Shown one piece after another: positions 19,107 to 26,740 of a stretch of DNA of 64,000 bases. Within the stretch, counting starts at the first letter, position 1. The number at the start of each line of letters is the position of its first letter. The notes below the pieces were generated by a model. That model was not told the origin of the DNA. It saw nothing but the letters and a program-made list of their open reading frames with translations, and ran no database searches. This DNA comes from Candidatus Eiseniibacteriota bacterium (GTDB taxonomy: Bacteria; Eisenbacteria; RBG-16-71-46), in assembly GCA_963744995.1 (NCBI GenBank), contig CAVUWA010000004.1, forward strand, positions 192,001 through 256,000, written 5' to 3'. Made by a program: the position numbers and the translations under genes.

Positions 19107-19355
19107 ATGAATCCAGGCGGAGGACCGCTCCTGCGAGTCCGCGACATAGCGGCCGAACTGGGCTGCACCCGAGCATACGCCTACAGGCTCATCGCGCGAG
19201 GGGCAATCCCAAGCGTTCGAGTCGGGAATGCGATCCGAATACCTCGTGGAGCGTGGTTGGCGTGGTTGGTGGGTAAGGATCGCGAGGCGCTGCGGGCACT
19301 GACGAGCTGCGACCCCGGAGCCCGCCAGCGCAAGCCGCTGAAGCGAGTGCGGTGA
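19107..19355 (+). CDS. Excisionase-family HTH_17 DNA-binding protein
   Basis: LLRVRDIAAELGCTRAYAYRLIARGAIPSVRVGNAIRIP is a typical Xis/MerR-like HTH. Confidence 0.85.
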   Translation: MNPGGGPLLRVRDIAAELGCTRAYAYRLIARGAIPSVRVGNAIRIPRGAWLAWLVGKDREALRALTSCDPGARQRKPLKRVR

Positions 19356-19394
19356 CGGGATGAACGAGGCGCTCGCGCCACTTGAGGAGCAACG

Positions 19395-20369
19395 ATGCAG
19401 CGACGCAACAAGAATGACGGCCCGGCACCATTGCCGATTCTACGATTGCTCGCAGCCCTGGAGCACGCCGGCTGCGCACCGCGTCGCGCCGGCTCGCGGT
19501 GGGTTAGCCACTGCCCGGCGCACGACGACCAAGCCCCCAGCGTGTCCATCACCGAAGGCGATGACCACCGGGTACTCGTCCACTGCTTCGCTGGCTGCGA
19601 GCTGGAGCGCATCCTGCAAGCGCTCGACTTCGGCATCTCCGAGCTGTTCGCGTCCAGCCGGCATACGGCCCGCGCCGGGATGGGAGCGCCTTGCGGTGCT
19701 CAGAAATCCACGCCGTGCCACAAGCAGCGGCCACCCAAGCAGCAGGTTCACGCCCTATGGGCCCGGTGTCGTCCCCTGGATCAGGATCGTGAGACATCGG
19801 CTTGGGCAAGCACACGCGGCCTCGATCCGTTCACGATCGCTGACCGTGATCTCTGCCGGGCGCTGCCCGCCGATGCCACGGTGCCGGGCTGGGCACATCT
19901 CGGAGGGGCTCCGTGGCCAGAGGGCGGTTATCGCCTCGTGCTCCCGCTCTACGACCCGAGTGGCCGGATCGCGAGCCTACACGCGCGCAACGTGAGGCCA
20001 GATGCAGTGCCAAAGGGAGCGTTGCCGGCCAGCTACGCGGCGTCCGGGCTGATCATGGCGGAGGGAGGCGCGGCCCAGATGCTCGCTGGTGGGGTGTGGC
20101 AACCTCACGACGTGTGGATTGCCGAAGGTGTGCCGGACTTCCTCACGCTGGCCTCGGACTTCAATGATGCGGACGACGAATCCGTCGTTCTCGGCGTGGT
20201 CTCCGGGTCGTGGTCGAAGGAGATCGCCGATCGGATCCCCGAAGAGTGCCGCGTGGTGGTTGCAACCCACGACGATTCAGCGGGCGAACGGTACGCCTCC
20301 ACCATCGCCACCACCCTCACACCCCGCCAGCAATTGTTCCGCTGGAGCGCCCTGGCCAACGAGGCATGA
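19395..20369 (+). CDS. Primase-like protein (Zn-finger + TOPRIM)
   Basis: CPAHDD..PS...VHCFAGC zinc-binding domain, plus IAEGVPDFL and THDDSAG TOPRIM motifs. Confidence 0.8.
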   Translation: MQRRNKNDGPAPLPILRLLAALEHAGCAPRRAGSRWVSHCPAHDDQAPSVSITEGDDHRVLVHCFAGCELERILQALDFGISELFASSRHTARAGMGAPCGAQKSTPCHKQRPPKQQVHALWARCRPLDQDRETSAWASTRGLDPFTIADRDLCRALPADATVPGWAHLGGAPWPEGGYRLVLPLYDPSGRIASLHARNVRPDAVPKGALPASYAASGLIMAEGGAAQMLAGGVWQPHDVWIAEGVPDFLTLASDFNDADDESVVLGVVSGSWSKEIADRIPEECRVVVATHDDSAGERYASTIATTLTPRQQLFRWSALANEA

Positions 20370-21580
20370 GCGTGAGCAACACGGGGATCAACGAGGCTGG
20401 CGGTCGCAAGGGGGGAACAGTCACGCCCATCTCTGACCGGCCCGAGGAAATTCATTCTGCCGCTCCTCAGGATGGGTGTTCCGGCAGAAAGAATCTCGTG
20501 TTCCGGACGGCCAAGGATATTGCGGCGATGACGGCCTCCGACGTGCCATGGATCGCCAAACCATGGGTCGCACGCGGTTCCATCACGGACCTCGTCGGCA
20601 AGGTCAAGTTGGCAGGCAAGACTACGTTCACCGCTGAGCTGGTCGCTGCGGTGCTCGATGGTCGTGACTTCCTCGATGAAACAACCGTAAAGACACCGGT
20701 CTTGTGGCTGACGGAGCAGAACGCGACCACGTTTCGCCAAGCCCTTGGGCGGGCCGGGCTTGTGGATCGTGAAGACCTCTTCGTTCTCTTCTGGCACGAG
20801 ACCCTAGGGGTACCGTGGGAGGAAGTCGCCGCCGCCGCACTCGAGGAGGCCCAACGGCGCGGCGCGGGCCTGCTTGTCGTGGACACCCTGGGGCAATTCG
20901 CCGGCCTGAGAGGTGATTCTGAGAACAGCGCCGGGGACGCTTTGAGAGCCGTCGAGCCGCTCCAGAAGGCGGCGGCAACGGGCCTTGGTGTCATCGTGGT
21001 CCGCCACGAGCGCAAGAGTGGTGGGGATGTCGGGGATTCGGGGCGCGGATCATCGGCATTCGCCGGAGCGGTGGACATCGTCCTGGCTCTCCGGCGCCCG
21101 AACAAGAGCAAGCGCCCCACGATCCGGCAGCTCGGCGCGCTGTCGCGATTCGACGAGACGCCGTCCGAGCTCATGATCGAATTAGCGGAGACGGGCTATT
21201 TGGTCCTCGGATCCGAAAGGGATGTCGCCCATCAGGAAGCGAGGGAAGCAATCCTGAGGGAGGCGCCATCGGCGGAAGACCAGGCGTTGAGCTTCGATGA
21301 GCTCCTCACGCGGCTTCCGGGAGTGAAGCGCACCGTCGCCCAAACTGCACTCGGCAGACTTCGAGATTCCTCGGAGATGAATCGCATCGGGGCGGGGAAG
21401 AAGGGCCACCCCTTCCGTTGGTACCGGTCGGCATCCAAGGGAGGGGCGGCCGAGGATCCATTTGGCCGGATGCCCACTTCCCATAGCGGCAGAATCAATC
21501 TCGTGGCCGCCGGCGACTCCGCGCCTCAGGGTATACGCAGCCACTCCGAGTCGGGCGGCGAGCTGGATGGGCGGACATGA
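20366..21580 (+). CDS. AAA_25 / RepA-like replicative helicase
   Basis: Walker A GKVKLAGKTT, Walker B LLVVDT, HERK and RGSSA motifs, and a C-terminal wHTH-like region. ATGA overlap with the primase. Confidence 0.8.
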   Translation: MSVSNTGINEAGGRKGGTVTPISDRPEEIHSAAPQDGCSGRKNLVFRTAKDIAAMTASDVPWIAKPWVARGSITDLVGKVKLAGKTTFTAELVAAVLDGRDFLDETTVKTPVLWLTEQNATTFRQALGRAGLVDREDLFVLFWHETLGVPWEEVAAAALEEAQRRGAGLLVVDTLGQFAGLRGDSENSAGDALRAVEPLQKAAATGLGVIVVRHERKSGGDVGDSGRGSSAFAGAVDIVLALRRPNKSKRPTIRQLGALSRFDETPSELMIELAETGYLVLGSERDVAHQEAREAILREAPSAEDQALSFDELLTRLPGVKRTVAQTALGRLRDSSEMNRIGAGKKGHPFRWYRSASKGGAAEDPFGRMPTSHSGRINLVAAGDSAPQGIRSHSESGGELDGRT

Positions 21581-21924
21581 GACTCGAAGTCGAGGCGCTC
21601 CGGATCGGGCTCACGGCTTTGGCGTCGTCGCCGAGCGATGTCCCATGCGAGCAAGTACCCGATCTCGTGGCAGAGCTCGCACGAGCGCACGCAGCGCTTC
21701 TCACCGTGGCGAGCCGTCCGCCAGCTGCCATGCCCCGGACGGAAGACCGCGCCAACGAGGACCGAATGCTCGACGTTGAGGAAGCCGCGGCGATGCTCGG
21801 GGTCTCGAAGCGCTGGCTCTACCGACACGCGAAGCAACTGCCGTTCACCCGCCCAATCTCCCCGAAAATCGTCCGTTTCTCGCGGGTCGGGATCCAGCGC
21901 TGGCTGGCTTCAAGAAGGACTTGA
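21577..21924 (+). CDS. AlpA/excisionase-family HTH protein
   Basis: MLDVEEAAAMLGVSKRWLY...LPF......VRFSR..IQRWL. Confidence 0.8.
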   Translation: MRLEVEALRIGLTALASSPSDVPCEQVPDLVAELARAHAALLTVASRPPAAMPRTEDRANEDRMLDVEEAAAMLGVSKRWLYRHAKQLPFTRPISPKIVRFSRVGIQRWLASRRT

Positions 21925-21955
21925 ACCCGTGGGCAGACAGAGCCAACCTAAAGGC

Positions 21956-23073
21956 ATGAAACGAGTTCGAGGAACGGGTCGGTTCTACCAGCGAGGCGAG
22001 ACCTGGTGGATCCAGTACCGGCACATGGGGCGCCTGTATCGGGAGTCGTCGGGCTCATGCTCGGCAATCTCAGGCTGTGAAACTCCTCAATCGGCGGCTT
22101 GGGGAAATCGGGCAGGGGCGCCTCGCGGGGCCCGACGTCGAGCGCACCACTTTCGAAGATCTCGCCGAAATGCTCTTCGACGACTACCGGGTCAACGGGC
22201 GGAAGTCGCTCGACCGTGCCCAGCGCTCGGTCAAGCACTTGAGCAGAATCTTCGGCCGCGCGCGGGTCCTCGACATCACCGCGGACCGGGTTAGTGCCTA
22301 CGTGCGGTCGCGGATGGCGGTGGCGAAGCCCGCGACGATCCGGCTTGAACTCGCGGCGCTCAAACGGATGATCACGCTCGGCCTGCGGGCGGGGAAGGTG
22401 GCTCATCGACCCTATTTCCCCTCGCTGGCTGTTCAGAACGCGAGGGTCGGGTTCTTCGAGCAGGCCGAGCTGCAGGCGGTCCTCGCCGAACTCCCCGTGG
22501 ACGTCGCGGCACTGGTCCAGTTCCTGGCCTTAACCGGCTGGCGACTCTCCGAAGCCAAGACGCTCCGCTGGACGCAGGTGGACAGCGTCGGTGGTGTCGT
22601 GCGGCTGGAGGTGGGGAGCACGAAGTCGGGAGCGGGCAGGGTCTTCCCGTTCGCAGCGTTGCCGGCGCTTGCGAGCCTCATTCGCACGCAGCGTGAGATC
22701 ACATCCGCGCTCGAGCGGGAACAGGGGCGCCTCATCCCGTTCGTGTTCCATCGTCGCAGGCGAGCCCATCCGCAGTTTCCATCACGCATGGCGCAGCGCC
22801 TGCGCGCGTGCGGGCGTGCCAGGGCGTCTGGTCCACGATCTGAGGCGAACCGCCGCACGGGATCTGGTCCGCAGTGGAGTGCCCGAGCGAACGGCGATGG
22901 CGTTGCTCGGGCATAAGACCAGGAGCATCTTTGACCGCTACAACATCGTGAACGAGGCCGACCTTGCCGACGGCGTTCGCAAGCTCGCAGCCTTCCGGCC
23001 GGCGGACTCGGGGCTGGCGCGCCGCGTCGTGCCTCTCGCAGATGCGGAAGATCCGAGAATGAGCACAGTTTGA
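21956..23073 (+). CDS. Tyrosine recombinase/integrase (frameshifts at ~22060 and ~22757)
   Basis: Arm-binding N-terminus [17 protein letters not shown]. Catalytic residues TGWR, TKSG, HDLRR, LGH and DRY are spread over three consecutive frames. Confidence 0.85.
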
Positions 23074-23137
23074 GCACAATTCACGGTGGAGGGCGTGATG
23101 CGCCGCGCGCGTCGAACTGCTAACTCGTTGCGAGGCT

Positions 23138-23224
23138 TGGTGCCGGAGGGGGGACTTGAACCCCCACTCGGTTGCCCGAACGGGATTTTGAGTCCCGCGC
23201 GTCTGCCAGTTTCGCCACTCCGGC
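23138..23224 (-). tRNA. tRNA-Leu(CAA)
   Basis: Reverse complement GCCGGAGTGGCGAAACTGGCAGACGCGCGGGACTCAAAATCCCG...GGTTCAAGTCCCCCCTCCGGCACCA. Long variable arm, anticodon CAA, encoded CCA. Confidence 0.97.
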
Positions 23225-23384
23225 ACGATGTGCACCGGCGCAGTCGCCCGGTGCGTTGGAGCGGGCGATCATAACGCGCCTCGCGCGCCGGGCGAAGTCG
23301 CCGCCCTCGTCCGCGATCCTCCCGTTTGGCGCGGGGGCCGCGCCTCTCTAGTATGCCCGGCAACCAACTCCATGGGGGCCGCGC

Positions 23385-26084
23385 ATGATCGGGAAACGCA
23401 TCGTCCATTACGAGGTTCGCGAGAAGCTGGGCGCCGGAGGCATGGGCGAAGTCTGGCGTGCGAGCGACAGCAAGCTCGGCCGCGACGTGGCGCTGAAGAT
23501 GCTTCCCGAGCACCTGGCGCACGACACCGAGCGCATGGCGCGCTTCCAGCGCGAAGCGCAGGTGCTGGCCTCCCTCAACCACGCGAACATCGGCGCAATC
23601 TACGGGCTCGAATCGGCCGAAGGCGTGACCTGCCTGGTGCTCGAGCTGGTGCGCGGCGAGACGCTGGCCGATCGCATCCAGCGCGGCGCATTGCCGCTCG
23701 ATGAGGCGCTCGACATCGCGCGGCAGATCGCCGACGCGATGGAAGCGGCGCACGACCAGGGCGTGCTGCATCGCGACCTCAAGCCCGGCAACGTGATGAT
23801 CACGCCCGAGGGCACGGTCAAGGTGCTCGACTTCGGGCTCGCCAAGGCCTTCGAAGGCGAGGCCGGATCCGACAGCCTCAGCATGTCGCCGACGATCACC
23901 GCGCGGAACACGATGGCGGGCGTGATCCTCGGCACGGCGGGCTACATGAGCCCGGAGCAGGCGAAGGGCAAACAGGTGGACCGCCGCGCGGACATCTGGT
24001 CATTCGGCGTCGTCCTGTTCGAGATGCTCGCCGGGCGGCAGGCGTTCACGGGCGAGACGGCCTCCGAGGTGCTCGCCGCAGTGATGATGCGCGAGATCGA
24101 ATGGGACCAGCTGCCGAAGAATCTGCCCCTGCCGATCCTGCGGCTGCTCAGGCGCTGCCTCGAAAAGGACCCGCGCCGGCGCCTGCGCGACATCGGCGAA
24201 GCGCGGCTGATCATCGAGGACTACATCGCGAATCCCGCTGCGGCCGAGGCGGCGCTGGCGCCGGCGGCGGCGCCGGCGGCGTCGTCACCCGCTTCGCGCT
24301 GGCCATGGATCGCCGCCGCCGCGGCGGCGCTGATCGCGGTGCTCGTCGCCTGGGCGCCGTGGCGCGCGCCGGCGAAGCCGCCGGACGTGATGGAATTCGA
24401 TGTCGAGCTGGCTCCCGAGCCACTGTTCTCGGGCTACGGCGCGGCGGCGGTGCTGTCGCGGCAGGGCGACCGGATCGCCTTCTGCACCGACGGCGACGAC
24501 CGCACGATGTTCGTGCGGGATCTTTCGGATCCCGTGCCGCGCGAGATCGCGGGGACGACCGAGGCCTACCATCAGTTCTTCTCGCCCGAAGGCGACTGGA
24601 TCGGGTTCTTCACGCGCACGGAATTGAAGAAGGTTTCGATCCGCGGCGGGGCGCCGCTGGTCCTGGCGCCGGTGGCGCTCAACCGCGGCGGCACCTGGAC
24701 CGACGACGGACAGATCATCTACGCGCCGAATCCGAACAGCGGTCTCATGGCGATCCCGGCGGCGGGCGGCGAGGCGCATGCCGTGACCCAGCTCGATTCG
24801 ACCTCGGGCGAGACCTCGCACCGCTGGCCGCACGTGATTCCCGGTCGCGGCGCGGTGCTCTTCACGGTGTTCAACAACTCGCCGGGACTGGTGCAGGGCC
24901 GGCTGGAAGTGCTCGATCTGAAGACCGGCACGCGCAAGCTCCTGCACCACGGCGGCACGGACCCGCGCTATGTACCCGGCTACATCCTCTACGTGTACGA
25001 GCAGACGCTGTTCGCGCTGCCCTTCGACGTCCAGAAGCTCGAGGTGAAGGGAACGCCGGTGCCGCTGGTCGAGAAGCTGCGCTCGTCTCCGGCCGAAGGC
25101 GCGGCGCAGTACGACGTCTCCATGAACGGCACGCTGATCGGCATGTTCGGCGAGGCCGCGTCAGCGGACCAGGCCGAGCTGGTGCGGGTGCTGCTGAACG
25201 GCGGGAGGGAGGACGTCCTCATCGAGCCCATGGACATTTACGGGCCCGCGGTGTCCCCCGACGGTCAGCGCGTGGCTTACACGCTGGGTTCGTTCGCGCT
25301 GGCGGACGTCTGGGTGCTCGACCTTGCGCGCGGAACGCGCACGCGGTTCACCTTCGCCGAGGGCAAGCCGGACTGGCACCCGATCTGGTCCCCGGACGGC
25401 AAATCGATCGCGTATTCCTCGGGCGATGGGGGCACGAGCGGGAGCCAGGCCACCGTGAAGGCGGCGGACGGATCCGGCGAGCCGCTGCGACTCTCCGACG
25501 CGCAGCGCTTCCAGCTGCCGGAGCAGTGGACACCGGACGGCTCGACGCTCCTGTGCAGCTCGAACGCTTCGGGAAACTGGGGAATCTGGAGGCTCGATGC
25601 GCACGAGCCCGGAACGCCCGAGGTGGTGCTCGATTCGCCGGCGACCGAGACGTCGCCCCGTCTCTCGGTGGACGGCCGCTGGCTGGCCTACGAGTCCACG
25701 GAGTCGGGCCGCCAGGAAGTCTACGTTCGGCCCTTCCCGGGCCCCGGCGGCAAGTGGCAGATCTCGACGCGCGGCGGCCAGGAGCCGCGCTGGGCGCGGC
25801 ATGGCAGCGAGCTCTTCTATCGCACGGAAGACTCGCTGTATTCGGTTCCGATCGCGGCCCGCGGCAGCACGATCGATGTCGGGCAGCCGCGCGGGCGGTT
25901 GAAGTTGCCCTCGGGCCCCGGGTCCTTTCCGGGCTCGTATGACCTGATGCCGGATGGCAGCGCAGTGATTCTCGTCCGCGACGCCCAGAAGGAACGTGAC
26001 GCGGCGCCGCTCAGGCGCGTGCGGCTCACGCTCCACTGGTTCCAGCGCCTGCACACGCTGATGCAGCCGGTGGCGTCGAAGTAG
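23385..26084 (+). CDS. Hanks-type Ser/Thr kinase with TM helix and PD40/TolB-like propeller
   Basis: LGAGGMGEV, VALK, HRDLKPGN, DFG, YMSPE motifs, a TM segment (WPWIAAAAAALIAVLVAW) and repeated SPDG motifs. Confidence 0.95.
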   Translation: MIGKRIVHYEVREKLGAGGMGEVWRASDSKLGRDVALKMLPEHLAHDTERMARFQREAQVLASLNHANIGAIYGLESAEGVTCLVLELVRGETLADRIQRGALPLDEALDIARQIADAMEAAHDQGVLHRDLKPGNVMITPEGTVKVLDFGLAKAFEGEAGSDSLSMSPTITARNTMAGVILGTAGYMSPEQAKGKQVDRRADIWSFGVVLFEMLAGRQAFTGETASEVLAAVMMREIEWDQLPKNLPLPILRLLRRCLEKDPRRRLRDIGEARLIIEDYIANPAAAEAALAPAAAPAASSPASRWPWIAAAAAALIAVLVAWAPWRAPAKPPDVMEFDVELAPEPLFSGYGAAAVLSRQGDRIAFCTDGDDRTMFVRDLSDPVPREIAGTTEAYHQFFSPEGDWIGFFTRTELKKVSIRGGAPLVLAPVALNRGGTWTDDGQIIYAPNPNSGLMAIPAAGGEAHAVTQLDSTSGETSHRWPHVIPGRGAVLFTVFNNSPGLVQGRLEVLDLKTGTRKLLHHGGTDPRYVPGYILYVYEQTLFALPFDVQKLEVKGTPVPLVEKLRSSPAEGAAQYDVSMNGTLIGMFGEAASADQAELVRVLLNGGREDVLIEPMDIYGPAVSPDGQRVAYTLGSFALADVWVLDLARGTRTRFTFAEGKPDWHPIWSPDGKSIAYSSGDGGTSGSQATVKAADGSGEPLRLSDAQRFQLPEQWTPDGSTLLCSSNASGNWGIWRLDAHEPGTPEVVLDSPATETSPRLSVDGRWLAYESTESGRQEVYVRPFPGPGGKWQISTRGGQEPRWARHGSELFYRTEDSLYSVPIAARGSTIDVGQPRGRLKLPSGPGSFPGSYDLMPDGSAVILVRDAQKERDAAPLRRVRLTLHWFQRLHTLMQPVASK

Positions 26085-26164
26085 GCGGGCGGCGACGGCG
26101 GCACCGTGCGCCCGTGGCGCCGCAGGCGGCAGACCGTCGCGGGGGGAGGACTCGAGGTTGCGCC

Positions 26165-26400
26165 TCCCGCGCCCGCTCGATCGCTTTGAGCGTCCGTGTG
26201 TACGTGGTGCCGCTCGCGCCGCCCGCGTCCACCGCACGCCGCGCCAGACGCGCAGCGCCGCAGCGGCCGCGCTGCGCCGCCACAACCCCGTGTTCTGCAA
26301 CGCGCCATGGGAGTTCCTTCACGAACAGGGCGAGCAAGCCGGTCCTGCTCCAGCGTGACGACAGCTCGGGCGCCTGCTCGATGATCGGAACAGCGAGCCG
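26165..26400 (-). pseudogene. Internally deleted relic of a C39 peptidase + TPR gene pair
   Basis: Translates to LAVPIIEQAPE|LSSRWSRTGLLAL, GLWRRSAAAAAL and ARRAVDAGGASGTTYTRTLKAI. These match the termini of the intact genes at 32180-33174. Confidence 0.8.
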
Positions 26401-26740
26401 CGTGCTCCCCTGAGGGTGGCCGATGGTCCTGCCATGCCGCGCGCCGTGCACGCGCCGAACGGATCGAGTCCCTCGAACCGGACGCCCCGCGTTTTCCGGC
26501 AGGCCGCACCCGGACCTGGCCCCTGCCGCTGAGCGCTGCCGTGGATGGAAACCGGCAGAGGCTTTTCGCCGCGCATGAATTGCATTGTCCGGGACCGAGG
26601 TTGCCCATAAGATCAAGTCCAGCGACCGATCGAAACCGGCCGCCGCCCTCCCAGATACCCGGGCACCGCACTCAGCGGGCCCGGGCGTTTGTATACCCCG
26701 CGCCCCCCGTGGCGGACACATCCATGCAGGAGAGTTCTCC

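Larger units (their letters stand above)
1..23137. mobile_element. Integrative element / defence island inserted at tRNA-Leu 3' end (left boundary outside window)
   Basis: A tyrosine integrase ends 64 bp from the tRNA CCA end. Next to it are xis-like HTH, primase, AAA helicase and AlpA genes plus defence cargo. By eye, codon usage is less G/C-ending than in genes right of the tRNA. No second att copy was found in the window. Confidence 0.85.

Noticed and set aside
17666..23073. Intact prophage
   Set aside because: No capsid, terminase, portal, tail or lysis genes are in the window.
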